From an uncultured Chloroflexia bacterium (lineage in GTDB: Bacteria; Chloroflexota; Limnocylindria; Limnocylindrales; CSP1-4): 64,000 bases of DNA. The stretch covers positions 891,865 through 955,864 of the forward strand of contig CAVQDZ010000001.1 of NCBI GenBank assembly GCA_963711405.1. The letters are read 5' to 3'. The translations under genes and the position numbers were made by a program. Within the stretch, counting starts at the first letter, position 1. Every line of letters begins with the position of its first letter. A model generated the notes under the pieces. The model did not search any database, was not told the origin of the DNA, and saw only the letters and a list, made by a program, of their open reading frames with translations. Shown in pieces: positions 17,893-28,495 of this stretch.

Positions 17893-18881
17893 GCGGGGCC
17901 TACCCCTCCCCGATCAACCCGGTCAGCTGCGCCCGATCCAAGCCCCGCCGCGAGGCCCAGCGCCAGAGCCACGCGCGACTTGGGCCCGTCGTAGCGCGAC
18001 AGGATCGCCCCGCCGCGCTGCCACGTGGCGCCACCGCCGGGAAAGGCGTAGATCGGTTCGACGGTGCCGGTCGCGCAGCGCGTCGTGAGCACGACCGTCG
18101 TCCCGTCAGCCGCAAGCTCCATCGCTGCGGCAAGCATGTCCGGATGCGTGTTGCCCGAGCCGGTCGCGGCCACGACCAGGCCGCGCGGGTGCAGCGGCGC
18201 GAGTCCGCGGATGAGCGCGCCGTCCGTGCCCGCGGCGGCATATACGAGATAGACATCCTCAACGGCCGTGGCCGGAACAGACGGCAGAAGCCGCCGCGGA
18301 CGGCGCGCCGCCACCATCTGGATCACGCCATCAACGACGCGCGCCAGCGGCTCGCCTTCGCGCGGCTGGAACGTGTCCATCGCGGTGGAGTGGCGCTTGA
18401 CCACGACGTCGGCAGGAACCACGAGTCCGTTGAGCACGACCAGCGCGCCGTTGCCGCGCATCTGCGGGGAAACGGCAACGCGCACTGCGTCGGCCAGGTT
18501 GCGCGGTCCGTCGAAATCGGGCGCGGTCGAATCGCGCATCGCACCGGTCACCACGATGGGTTTGTCGGTCGCGAGCAGCAGGTCGTACGCGAAGGAGGTC
18601 TCCTCGATCGAATCGGTGCCCTGGACAACCACCACGCCGTCAATGTCAGGCCGCCGCAGCTGTTCTTCGAGCACGCGCGCGATGGACAGCATCTGGCCAA
18701 AGTTCAGGTGCGACGCGGGCACGAGGCCCCAATCGATCACCTCGACGTCGGCAAGCCGCGCAACGTCCGGCGCGAGCGCGAGGATCGCGGCCCCATCGAG
18801 CACGGGCACGTTGCCTCCGGCGGCGGCATCCGGTCGGGTCGAGATCGTGCCGCCGGTAAAGACGATCGCTGCCCTGCTCAT
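17865..18881 (-). CDS. L-asparaginase
   Basis: 338 aa. Motifs IVFTGGTIS, VVVQGTDSIEETSF and IVVTGAMR are the asparaginase active-site motifs. Confidence 0.88.
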   Translation of the reverse strand: MSRAAIVFTGGTISTRPDAAAGGNVPVLDGAAILALAPDVARLADVEVIDWGLVPASHLNFGQMLSIARVLEEQLRRPDIDGVVVVQGTDSIEETSFAYDLLLATDKPIVVTGAMRDSTAPDFDGPRNLADAVRVAVSPQMRGNGALVVLNGLVVPADVVVKRHSTAMDTFQPREGEPLARVVDGVIQMVAARRPRRLLPSVPATAVEDVYLVYAAAGTDGALIRGLAPLHPRGLVVAATGSGNTHPDMLAAAMELAADGTTVVLTTRCATGTVEPIYAFPGGGATWQRGGAILSRYDGPKSRVALALGLAAGLGSGAADRVDRGGVGPAWKRRLART

Positions 18882-20336
18882 CAGGCCACGTCGTCGTCGG
18901 CCGGTCCGGGCTGGCCGGGCACGACCGGTGAGATCAGGCTGACAGAGGGCCTGCCCTTGCCGTCATCGAGGTAGGTGACGGCCATCGGCACAGTTAGTGA
19001 CCGGCCGGTCAATGCGACGGGGTCGATGGCGTCGACCAGGCCGCCCATTAACAGCGCTTCATTCGTCGGTCTGCCGCGCCGGATCGAGCCCACCGCAACG
19101 AGCAGGACGACGATGGCTGAGCCCGCTACGACCCACGACGTGCCGACCGAGTCGGCAATCGGCCCGACGATGATGATGGGCAGGAAGCTGGCGATGCTGA
19201 CGAGCATGTTGAGCACGCCGAAGACGCGGCCGCGGACATCTGCCGGCAGCTCTTCCGAGAGCTGTGTCTGCGCCGGAACGGCCACGAACGAGTAGGCAAT
19301 GCCGGCGGCGAACGCGACTGCGATCACGATCGACAGGAGCGAGACCGCGAGCTGCACGCGATTCACGATCGGCTGGACGAGCGACAGTGCCAGCAGGGTG
19401 ATCCCGAGCATGACCAGGCCGAAGTTGATGCCGTTTCGGCGCGAGAAGTGCTTGCCGTAGACGTTGAGCACGAGGATGCCAAAGATCAGGCCCACGCCCA
19501 GCGGCAACACGACGACAACGAAGTCCGTCTCCGACAAGCCCAGAACCTGGGTCGCGAAGCCCGGGCCGAGCACGCCGAGCACGCCGATGAGCGACGCCGT
19601 CAGCGCGAGATATGTCAGGGGCCAGAAGACGGTCCGGTTGTCGAGGATGAAATGCACGCCGTCCGCGAGCTGATTGAACGTCGTCCTGACGGCGCCACCC
19701 GCCTCGCCCAAGTGCCTCACTGGGATTTCGTCCGCCGATGCGCGGGTTGTGACTGGGCAACGTCCAGCACAGCAGCGCGCCGATGAAGTAGCTCGCCGCG
19801 ACGAGCACGAGCAGCACCTGCTCGTTCGAGATCTTGACGACGAGTGGACCGAGCAGGGCAAAGCCAATGAAGAACGCCGCCTGGAGAGTGACGATGTGTA
19901 GCGAGTTGGCCGGCAGCAGCTGGTGGCGCGGCACGACGTCGGGGATCATCGCGATCTCTGCCGGACCGAAGAACGTGGACAGCGTCGAGATGACGGCCGT
20001 GATCACGCAGATGATCCACAGCTCCTGGGGCACAACGAGCAGCAGCAGGAACAGGGCGCCGCGTGCGGCGTTGGCGACGACGAGGATGAGCCGTCTGTCG
20101 AGCCGGTCGACGTATACGCCGGCGATGGCGCCGAAGATGACCGCGGGCACGAGGAAGCTCAGGATGAGCAGGCTGACGCTGGTCGACTTGCCGGTCAGCT
20201 GGAAGACCTCGACGGTCAGCCCGAAGAGGACCATGTTGCCGCCGACCTGGGTCACGACCTGGGCAATCCAGAGCGACAGGAACTTGCGGTTGCGCAGAAC
20301 CGCGATCGCCGATTCCTGTGGCACGGCGACGGTCAT
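18881..20336 (-). pseudogene. MFS transporter with 1 apparent +1 frame break (about 19740)
   Basis: Track ORFs 19059..20336 (N-terminal half, motif GVYVDRLDRRLIL) and 18881..19867 (C-terminal half, multi-TM) join at ...CWTLPSHNPR / ASADEIPVRHLGEA. Its start overlaps the DUF951 stop (ATGA). Confidence 0.8.
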
Positions 20337-20539
20337 TCGGCGCTCCCCCGCTCGACGAAGCCCTTGAGGCGGCGTTCCAGCTGACGGCGTTCGATCAGCA
20401 CGCGATGCTGACAGCCTTCACACACGAGCCCGATATCAGCTCCGATACGAACGACCTGCCAACCGGTGCTCCCGCACGGATGCGCTTTGGCCAGGGTGAT
20501 CCGATCTCCGATCCGGAAATCAACCGGCGCTCCTGCCAC
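20333..20539 (-). CDS. DUF951 family small protein
   Basis: The last 68 codons of track ORF 20333..21883 read VAGAPVDFRIGDRITLAKAHPCGSTGWQVVRIGADIGLVCEGCQHRVLIERRQLERRLKGFV. That is the GD..HPCG..W...R.GADI.L.C..C pattern of DUF951. Start is GTG 20539. Confidence 0.7.
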   Translation of the reverse strand: MAGAPVDFRIGDRITLAKAHPCGSTGWQVVRIGADIGLVCEGCQHRVLIERRQLERRLKGFVERGSAE

Positions 20540-20544
20540 GGCGC

Positions 20545-22001
20545 TCAAAACGAGCTGGGGCCCGGCGGCCCGGCAGATCTGCTGCGCAGCGCGATCCCCA
20601 CCGCGATCGTGGCAACGATCAAGCCCCGCGACCAGGCCGAACAGCAAGCAGGATCTGGACCATGTCGGTGCCGCCACCGCCGCCGCTGCTGTCTCCGCCG
20701 CCGAACGGTCCAGACGTGGAACGCCAGGCTCGGTAGCCCCGCCCGAGCTTACCGGCCGCGCGGTCTCGCGCGGCGCTCCGCTGGGCGGAGGCGTCTCAGT
20801 TGGGCCGGTCTGTGGCGACAGGGTCGCCGGCGCACCTCCGGTGCTCGTCCAGTCGGACGGGACCGGCCCGGGCGCACCTTGTTGCGGCCCAGCCGGAGCC
20901 GGCGGCGTCAGGTTGTAGGACGAGAACCAGGCGGCGTTGAATGCCGCGACGTCAGATCCGGTCGCGGCCGTGAACGCCTCGTCGTCAGAGACGCCGGCGG
21001 CATAGCTGTTGACCAGCTCCCACAGCTTGGGCTCGCCGTATGTTCTGACGAAGTAGTCGACCGCCGCGACCGACTCGCCATATGCGAGGTAGAACTCGCT
21101 CGTCACGGACGGGAAGAGGCCGGCCAGGCCGTCGAGCGGGATCAGTGCCTTGTTTCCCACGGCTACGTTCACATAGCTCTGCCACTGGGTCGTGTAGCCC
21201 TCTGATTCGTAGACCGCGACGCCCTCGTCAAGCCAGCGCGGCACGCCGTGATACGGGTTGTCGACCGCGTGATGGAAGACGAGATGGGTCAGCTCGTGGG
21301 CGATGACGGTCTGGTTGTATGGATCGGCCGGCTGGTTGCTGGGCAGCCACGCAAAGATCGTGTCGATGTCCGGATGGGCCTCCGCCTGGACGTTCTCGCG
21401 GCCGGGGTTGACCGCGCTGCGCATGGCCTCCTCCGTGTCGTACACGAACATGTCGAAGGGCTGGTCGATCGTGACGCCAAGGGCCTGCGACGCCTTGTCG
21501 ATCGCCGCGTTGGCCGAGTCGGCTGCTGAATTGGCAAAGGCCTGGTCGCCGGAATACCAGTGGATGACGACATCGCCCTTGGTCAGCGTCTGCCACTCGA
21601 AGCGCGTGTCCTCGACGACGGACTGGGCAACTGGGCCAAAGCTCGTCCCGCCGTCGCTGTTGGTGACCCGGAACTGGTAGTCGAAGTGCGTGTTCGGCGC
21701 GCTCTGGCCCTGGGCCAGACAGGCACAGCCCGCCGACGACGAGATATCGATGTTTGCCTGCGCCTGGTAGATGTTGTTGATCTGGATCCCGGAGCTGACC
21801 ACGATCGACGTGGGCTTGCCGAGCTGATGGATGATCACGTCGACGCTGGCGATGTCGCTGCCGTCGATCGTGGAGGTGAACATCAGCGGCTCGACCCAGC
21901 TCGGCAGTCACGGACGGCTGTCCAAAGCTAGGCCCGGACGCGAGCACCATCGTCGGCGCCAGCACGGCGGCGAGGAGCGTCGCGCTCAAAGCGGCTGCCA
22001 C
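20545..22001 (-). pseudogene. Secreted MA-clan zinc metallopeptidase with C-terminal TM anchor, at least 2 apparent +1 frame breaks
   Basis: The signal peptide MAAALSATLLAAVLAPTMVLASG is in the frame of track ORF 21228..22001. After about 21900 the body continues in the frame of 20333..21883, with VIAHELTHLVFHH (HEXXH) and WLDEGVAVYES. After about 20620 a third frame gives GLIVATIAVGIALRSRSAGPPGPSSF-stop (TGA 20545-20547). Confidence 0.7.
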
Positions 22002-22029
22002 GCGACGCGTGCGGCTCAGACGACCCGGC

Positions 22030-23623
22030 TCACTGGCCCGACCCCGCTGCCCATTGCAGCCCGGCGTAGCGGATCAGGCCAACGCCCGATTGGAGCGCGC
22101 CGTCGAGCCCTGTGCGACTGAGCGCCCACGACTCGTCGTACGCCACGGGGATGGCCGGCACTTCCTGCATGAGGATGTTCTGCGCCTGGCCGTAGAGCTG
22201 GGTCTGCTCGTCGGTGTCGGTGGTCGCGGCGGCCTCCGCCAGGAGAGCGTCGTAGTTGGCGTTGCTCCACTTGCCCGTGTTGCTCGTGCTGCCCGTCTCG
22301 AGCAGCAGGCCCAGGAAGTCATGCGCCTGTGGGTAGTCGGCGATCCACGACAGCGACCAGAACGTGGGCGTGGTCGCCGCGCCGACCTGCTCGAGGTAGT
22401 GCTCGAAGTCGAGCGCCTCGACGTTGACCGTGACACCCAGGTTGTCGTGCAGCTCCTGGGCGACGGTCTGCTCGTAGCCGACGCCGTAGGTGGCCAGCGT
22501 CACTGCCGGGAAGTTGGCCCCGTTCGGATATCCGGCCGCGGCGAGCAGGGCCTGTGCGTCGGCGACGTCGTACTTGGGGCTGTGGTCCGTCTCGTCGCGG
22601 CCCACGACGCCGGGCGGAACCATCGACGTCGCCGGCGTCCCACCGCCGAGCGACACGATCCGATCCCAGTTCACGGCCTCTGCAAAGGCGCGCCTGCACG
22701 GACGCGTTGTCGAACGGTGCCACGGTCGTGTTGAAGCCGTAATACGACAGGCCAAAGCTGTTCGCCTGGCGCAGCTGCGGCCCCAGGTTGGCGTCGTATG
22801 CGATCCATGACGCGTCGCCGGAGCCGACGCTCGTGTAGTCGAGCGTGCCGCCATCGAAGAGCTGCACGCCACTCGACGTGCCGTAGTCGGTCACGAGGTC
22901 GATGTTGGAAATGGGCGCCGCTCCGGCCCAGTAGTGCGGATTGGCGGTCAGATGAATCAGGCCGTCGCTGGGCGTGGTGGGCACGTACGCGCCGGAGACG
23001 ACCTGCGGCGGCGCAGCTGAGATGCTGTTGACCTCCGACGGCGGCACGACCGCCAGCGAAGGCGAGGCCGTAACGGCCAGGAAGTACGACGCGGGGCGGC
23101 GCAGGTCGACGACAACTCGGTCTCCGTCCGCGTGCAGGCCGACCGCGTCGGCGCCGATCTTGCCGGCCTGGTAGTCGGTGGCACCCTGGACGTCCGACAG
23201 CAGGCTCGCAAGCGACGATGGATTGGTCGGGTCGATCAGTCGGAGCCACGAGTTGACCACGTCCTGAGCGGTGATGGGCGAGCCGTCGCTGTAGGTCAGG
23301 TGAGGTCGGAGCTGGAAGATGATGTGCTGGCCACTGTCGTCGACCTGCCACGTGCGCGCGAGCGCGGGCTGGACGTTGCTCTGCGCGTCGAACGTGGTCA
23401 GGCCCTCGTAGACCTGGGCCAGGACGCTGGCCGTGCCCGAATCGCTCTGCCGTGCCGGGTCCCACGTGAAGACGTCGCTCGAGCCGATGCGCGCCGAGCC
23501 ACCGCCGGCGCCGGGGCCGCCCAGAGACACGCAGCCGGAGACGGCAACGAGCGCAGCAAGAGCGAGGCTGAGGAGCGCCCAAGCCGCAGCACGCGGCGCG
23601 GCTGATCGACGCTGTGAAAGCAC
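22030..23623 (-). pseudogene. ABC transporter substrate-binding lipoprotein, family 5 (peptide/nickel type), 1 apparent +1 frame break (about 22697)
   Basis: Track ORFs 22319..23623 (lipobox AVSGC, VYEGLTTFD, family-5 N-lobe) and 22030..22872 (C-lobe, WIADYPQAHDFL) join at ...APFDNASV / RRAFAEAVNWD. Confidence 0.8.
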
Positions 23624-23688
23624 GGGTGGGAAGTCTATCGGGCCACGGCGGGATCATCCGCGAGCCGGTGCTAGTCTCGATCCCAACC

Positions 23689-24099
23689 ATGGACAAAGTC
23701 GATCAGAACGAGCTGCGTCAGCGGCTCACGCCTCTCCAATTCGCCGTCACCCAGAACGCCCAGACGGAGCGCGCTTTCACCGGCACGTACTGGGACAACC
23801 ACGATGCGGGCACGTATCGCTGCATCGTGTGCCACGAGCCGCTGTTCGACTCCGGCACGAAGTTCGAGTCGGGCTCCGGCTGGCCGTCCTTCTACGACGT
23901 CCTGACCAAGGGCAACGTCGTCCAGAAGGAGGACGTGTCGCACGGCATGAGGCGCACGGAGGTGGTCTGCGGCAACTGCGGCGCGCACCTCGGCCACCTT
24001 TTCCCGGATGGTCCCAACCCGACCGGCCTGCGCTACTGCATCAACTCAGCGTCGCTCGACTTCGAGCCCCGCTCGCCGGACGCCGAACAGACACCCTAG
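23689..24099 (+). CDS. msrB: Peptide-methionine (R)-S-oxide reductase MsrB
   Basis: [35 protein letters not shown], CxxC pairs ([21 protein letters not shown]) and GLRYCINS are canonical SelR/MsrB. ATG 23689 is preferred over the track start 23614. Confidence 0.9.
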   Translation: MDKVDQNELRQRLTPLQFAVTQNAQTERAFTGTYWDNHDAGTYRCIVCHEPLFDSGTKFESGSGWPSFYDVLTKGNVVQKEDVSHGMRRTEVVCGNCGAHLGHLFPDGPNPTGLRYCINSASLDFEPRSPDAEQTP

Positions 24100-24265
24100 A
24101 GCCATTCGGCACGGGCCGGTTGGCCCGCATCGTCCGCTAAACGGACCCCTCGTTCGGGTAGTCCTTCACATCCGTCCGGAGCCCTCTCTTGGCGAAGGTT
24201 GTGGCAGGCCAATCAAGGCAAGCTGCAAACCGCTGCGAAAGCTGCGAAAGAAGGAGAGGACTCCA

Positions 24266-24952
24266 ATGGAAAAGAAGCTCACTCGACTCGGCATCATCAT
24301 CTCGGTCTTCAGCCTGGCGTTCTTCTTGGCCGCGGGCTATGCGTTCGTTAAGACGCAGGAAGGCACTCGTGCGCTGAACGCGTTCAGCACGGCACAGAAC
24401 GTCTCACTCGCCTACAACGATCAGGGCCAGCTGCTTGATCACGGTGACGCAGCTGCGGCCGCGGGCATCATGGACCTGTTGACCAAGGAATGGGGCTACG
24501 CGGTCAATCCGGGCGACTTCAACCCGAACGACCCGATCGTCAACACCCCGAGCGAGTACATGTACCAGATGGCCACCATCAGCGAGCACACGCTCAGCTC
24601 GACGGTCACCCTGCCGGCAGACGTCAAGGATGCTGACGGCAACATCATCGCCACTGCGGGCACCAAGGTCCCAGTCGACGGCCGCTACTACGCCGACTTC
24701 AACTTCGCGAGCCCAGTCGACCAGGTCGTCCGCGGCATCGCATGGTCACCACTGCCACTCGCGCTGATCGGTCAGCTGGGTGTGGGTGCGGTCACCGCCT
24801 CGACGCTCCAGCTTGGTCTGGGCATCGCAGGACTGTTCGCGGCAGTCGGGTTCGGCTTCCTCCTCGCCGGTGTCGGCCTGGTGTGGGTCGCTCGGCCCGA
24901 GAAGGTCAAGGTCCCCGCGACCAAGACCGTTCAGGCTCCGCTTCCGGCCTGA
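24266..24952 (+). CDS. Hypothetical membrane protein (N- and C-terminal TM segments)
   Basis: ATG 24266 follows AAGGAGAGGA. N-terminus MEKKLTRLGIIISVFSLAFFLAAGYAF and C-terminus LGIAGLFAAVGFGFLLAGVGLVWV. Confidence 0.6.
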   Translation: MEKKLTRLGIIISVFSLAFFLAAGYAFVKTQEGTRALNAFSTAQNVSLAYNDQGQLLDHGDAAAAAGIMDLLTKEWGYAVNPGDFNPNDPIVNTPSEYMYQMATISEHTLSSTVTLPADVKDADGNIIATAGTKVPVDGRYYADFNFASPVDQVVRGIAWSPLPLALIGQLGVGAVTASTLQLGLGIAGLFAAVGFGFLLAGVGLVWVARPEKVKVPATKTVQAPLPA

Positions 24953-25020
24953 CAGCCGGCAACCAAAGCAGTCTGACGGCTGGAGGTCCCTGAGACCCAG
25001 AGCCGGTCAGATACCAGAAA

Positions 25021-25055
25021 GGCGGCCCCTCCGCAGCGGGGCCGCCTTTCCGTTT
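25021..25055 (+). terminator. Rho-independent terminator
   Basis: GGCGGCCCC - 8-nt loop - GGGGCCGCC followed by TTTCCGTTT. It lies 70 nt after the stop at 24952. Confidence 0.65.
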
Positions 25056-25066
25056 ACCCTCGGCAC

Positions 25067-25450
25067 ATGCCACGTGATCCGAACATCCCTGACGCCTTCG
25101 ACATCTTCACGGTCGTCCTCCTGCGGCGACCCTCAGATGCGCCGCAGATGTCTGACGAGGACCTCGACGTCCTCCAGGCACAGCATCTTGCCTACCGTGC
25201 CGACCTCAAGCGGCAGGGTCTGCTCGTCGTCAACGGACCGCTCGGCGAGCAGTCCGACCCGACCATGCGCGGCCTCTCGATATTCGCGTGCGACCCCGTT
25301 GAGGCCGCGCGGCTCAGCGACGGCGATCCATCGGTCCAGGCAGGTCGGCTCGTTTACGACGTCATGGAGTGGTGGGTTGGCGCAGGCACGCTCGCATTCC
25401 CAGAAGCGAAGGCTCCCGTGGGAGACCGTCGCGCGATGCCCGACGACTGA
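25067..25450 (+). CDS. YciI-like family protein
   Basis: 127 aa. FTVVLLRRP...LQAQHLAYRADLKRQGLLVVNGPLG...DPSVQAGRLVYDVMEWW fits the YCII/DGPF-type small alpha-beta family. Confidence 0.55.
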   Translation: MPRDPNIPDAFDIFTVVLLRRPSDAPQMSDEDLDVLQAQHLAYRADLKRQGLLVVNGPLGEQSDPTMRGLSIFACDPVEAARLSDGDPSVQAGRLVYDVMEWWVGAGTLAFPEAKAPVGDRRAMPDD

Positions 25451-25461
25451 GTCGCCCTGGC

Positions 25462-27093
25462 TCAGCTCGCTTTCACAGTCGCCTTGACCGCATCTTTCGC
25501 GGCTCCAGCTCCGGTCGAAGTTGTCGTCACCACGAAGGACTTGCTGCTCCCGACCACGGCGCCACTGCCCACTGTGACCTGAAGCGTCAGGGTCCTGGAC
25601 GCGCCGGCGCCCAGGTTGGTGATCGTGTACGTGCCCGCCACGACCTGTGCCGTCACGTCCGTTGTGCCAGAGATGTACTTCACGGCGAAGGCCCCGCTCG
25701 AGCCGGCGCCCTTGATGGTCAGGCTGTCTGTGGCGAGACCGTCGTTGAAGATCTTGATCGAAAACGAGCCCGCCTGGCTGCGATGGACCGTGAGCGACTT
25801 CTTCTGCTTCTTTCCCGTCGTGTTGTAGATGTTGTCGCCTGCAAAGGCACTGCCGCCGGCCGCGATCTGCGCATCTGGCTGTCGGAAGCGGAATGACGCC
25901 GCGTAGCCCATCAGCGTGTTGTCGGCGATCGAGCTATCGAGACCACCCAGGTAGAGGAGCGGCCCGACAACACGCACGCACAGCATCTGCGTGTTGAGTG
26001 AGACGGGGCCATCTGTGCCACTGGCGCTCGTGCCGACGTTCGTCCAAGCAGTGCCGTTATAGACGGCGATACCGTCGACTTTTGCCAGGCCACCGGCGTT
26101 GTTGAAGTAGCCGCTGGCTACGACCGAGCCGTGATCTGCCCAGATTCCGTAGACCACCACGCCGGCAGAGGTGCCAAAGAAGGTGCTGCCGCCGATCGCG
26201 GACCAGCCGCTGCCGTTCCACATGGCCACCTTGTCGGCCCCCGATACCCCGCCGGCGACCGTGAACTCGCCCCCGACGTAGAGGTTGGATCCGTCCATGG
26301 ACAGCGCCCGGACTCGAGCGTTGAGCGGGGTGGCTCCGAGCGCGCTCCAGGCGAGACCGCCAGTCCAGTGGGCCACGAAGTCGGCGTCATTGATGTGGTC
26401 GGCATTCGTGAAGTTGCCGCCAAGGTAGAAGCCGCCGGATCCATCGGGCACGATCGCCGCCGGCGTACCGCTGATGCTGTCGGTGAAGTTCGTTATCGAC
26501 TCGAGGGCGTGGGTGTCGATGTTCCAGCGGACGATGCCGTTTGCCGGAGTGAACGGACTGGTCACATGTTGTTCCGAGAAGCTGCCGGCGATGTACAGGT
26601 AGCGGCCGATGACGGTGAGAGCGAAGACCGGGGCGTTCGGCGCGACGTTCGCGAGGTGCGCCCATGTTGTCCCGTTGAACACGGCGATCGAGTCTGCTGC
26701 CGCATCGCCGCCCGCGTCCAGAAATGAGCCGCCGGCGAAGACCAGGCCAGTTGTGGGGTCTGAAGCGATTGCATAGACCGCGCGACCGCCGCCGCCGAGC
26801 CCGCCGCCAAGCGCGCCCCATTTGGTCCCATCCCACGTCGCGATGAGGTCGCCACCGGCGAGGCCCCCGGCGTTGCTAAAGTCGCCACCGACGTACAGCT
26901 TGGTGCCCACGCTGTAGAAGGTCTCCACCTTGCCGTTAATGGCGGGCGTGGTCGAGGTCACGCCGTGACCCAAGTTGCTCCAGCCACCGGAAGTGGCGGC
27001 TGCGGCCTCGGTCGGCAGCATCAGCAGCAAAGCCAAGGTGCTGATGAAAAGAGCGGCGCGCATCTTGGAGCGCATCCGAGTTAGCGACTTCAT
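25462..27093 (-). CDS. Secreted beta-propeller repeat protein with C-terminal Ig/CARDB-like domain
   Basis: 543 aa with a signal peptide. Six to eight repeats of Y(V/I)GG.F..AGG......(I/V)A.W(D/N)G..W..(L/I)G. The tail has TLTVHRSQAGSFSIKIFNDG... beta-sandwich character. Confidence 0.7.
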   Translation of the reverse strand: MKSLTRMRSKMRAALFISTLALLLMLPTEAAAATSGGWSNLGHGVTSTTPAINGKVETFYSVGTKLYVGGDFSNAGGLAGGDLIATWDGTKWGALGGGLGGGGRAVYAIASDPTTGLVFAGGSFLDAGGDAAADSIAVFNGTTWAHLANVAPNAPVFALTVIGRYLYIAGSFSEQHVTSPFTPANGIVRWNIDTHALESITNFTDSISGTPAAIVPDGSGGFYLGGNFTNADHINDADFVAHWTGGLAWSALGATPLNARVRALSMDGSNLYVGGEFTVAGGVSGADKVAMWNGSGWSAIGGSTFFGTSAGVVVYGIWADHGSVVASGYFNNAGGLAKVDGIAVYNGTAWTNVGTSASGTDGPVSLNTQMLCVRVVGPLLYLGGLDSSIADNTLMGYAASFRFRQPDAQIAAGGSAFAGDNIYNTTGKKQKKSLTVHRSQAGSFSIKIFNDGLATDSLTIKGAGSSGAFAVKYISGTTDVTAQVVAGTYTITNLGAGASRTLTLQVTVGSGAVVGSSKSFVVTTTSTGAGAAKDAVKATVKAS

Positions 27094-27224
27094 CGTCCGC
27101 CTCCGCTGCCCGGTCCGTGACCGGTCAACCCCCGACAGCGGTAATGGAACGCCTTACAGCCACCTTTTGGCAATAGCACGAGCCATAGCCAGATGTGCCT
27201 AACGCCGCCAACTTGCGGCATCCC

Positions 27225-27668
27225 CTATTTCGTGGGCAGAACGATGGGCTCCGTGACCGGGAAGTCAGTGTTCGTCGGCAGATGGGACGGGAGTTCAGCA
27301 GACCAAACGTCAGGATCGGCAGTTTCACAACCGCCAATGAGCGAATCCCCTTCGTGACCAACAACGCGGCCCTCATCGTCGAGCAGCTCGAGATTCGGCG
27401 TGAAGCGAGCGCTGTAACCGACTGGCCAGCCGAGTTCAACGCGTCCGACACGGGTCATCCATACCAGCCGTGGATCGCTCGGCGAACCGTGCAGGATGGC
27501 CGTGCCCGACGGATATCCAACACCGCCGCACAGGAGCTGCCCCCAATTCGCAAGCGGCACCCACTGCTCGCCTGGCCCCAGCGTTCGGCTTGGAGTCGCT
27601 TGCGGCGTGCCTCCTGCGCAACCCGCCACGAGCACGAGTGCCGCCAGAAGGCGCAGCGATGTTTTCAC
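27225..27668 (-). CDS. Lipoprotein, hypothetical
   Basis: GTG 27668 gives KTSLRLLAALVLVAGCAGG with lipobox LVAGC. 147 aa, no recognised family. Confidence 0.6.
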   Translation of the reverse strand: MKTSLRLLAALVLVAGCAGGTPQATPSRTLGPGEQWVPLANWGQLLCGGVGYPSGTAILHGSPSDPRLVWMTRVGRVELGWPVGYSARFTPNLELLDDEGRVVGHEGDSLIGGCETADPDVWSAELPSHLPTNTDFPVTEPIVLPTK

Positions 27669-27813
27669 CTGCCGAGCATTGGCCGCTCGTCGGTCTCCGT
27701 CAATGATCCAATCAGCGGTGAGCCCGCGAGCGCTGGCTCGGCACGTGGCGCTTGCGCCGACCGGGCCAGCAGCAATTCACGATATGTTGCCCTTGTAACG
27801 ACAAGGGAGACGC

Positions 27814-28485
27814 ATGAAGCTTCTACTCACCTCCGCTGGCATCAAGAATTCGAGCATTCACGACGCGCTGGTCGAACTCCTAGGCAAACCCATAGCCGAA
27901 TCCACCGCCCTATGCATCCCAACAGCCTCGTACGCCCAGCCAATGCAAGGCCCGCTCCGAGCATGGGCCTTCATCAGCGGACAGGAACCAGAGACCCCCA
28001 TGGTCGAGCTGGGTTGGAAGTCCGTCGGAAATCTGGAGCTCACAGCGCTGCCGAGCATTCCCAAGGACAGCTGGGTTCCATTGGTCCAGCAAACGGATGT
28101 CTTGCTGGTGAACGGCGGCGATCCCATGTACCTCTCCTACTGGATGCAGCAGTCGGGTTTAGCGGAGCTTCTGCCGTCGCTGACACAGACGCTTTACGTA
28201 GGCCTGAGCGCGGGCAGCATGGTCATGGCGCCCAGCATCGGGGAGGATTTCGTCAACTGGCAGACCCCTGATGGCGCCGATGAAACCCTGGGCCTGGTGC
28301 CGTTCTCCATCTTTCCGCACCTTGATAATCCGGACCTGCCCGACAACACCATGGCCACCGCCGAAAAATGGGCCGCCACCTTGTCCGCGCCGTGCTACGT
28401 GATCGACGACCAAACCGCCATCAAGGTCGTGGATGGCGATGTGGAGGTCATCTCTGAGGGGCATTGGAAGCTCCTAAACCAGTAG
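27814..28485 (+). CDS. Peptidase S51 (dipeptidase E-like), paralogue 1
   Basis: MKLLLTSAGIKN..., VNGGDPMYL, nucleophile motif GLSAGSMV, FPHLDNPD. AAGGGAGA lies upstream of the ATG. Confidence 0.85.
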   Translation: MKLLLTSAGIKNSSIHDALVELLGKPIAESTALCIPTASYAQPMQGPLRAWAFISGQEPETPMVELGWKSVGNLELTALPSIPKDSWVPLVQQTDVLLVNGGDPMYLSYWMQQSGLAELLPSLTQTLYVGLSAGSMVMAPSIGEDFVNWQTPDGADETLGLVPFSIFPHLDNPDLPDNTMATAEKWAATLSAPCYVIDDQTAIKVVDGDVEVISEGHWKLLNQ

Positions 28486-28495
28486 GAGGTCCCAC

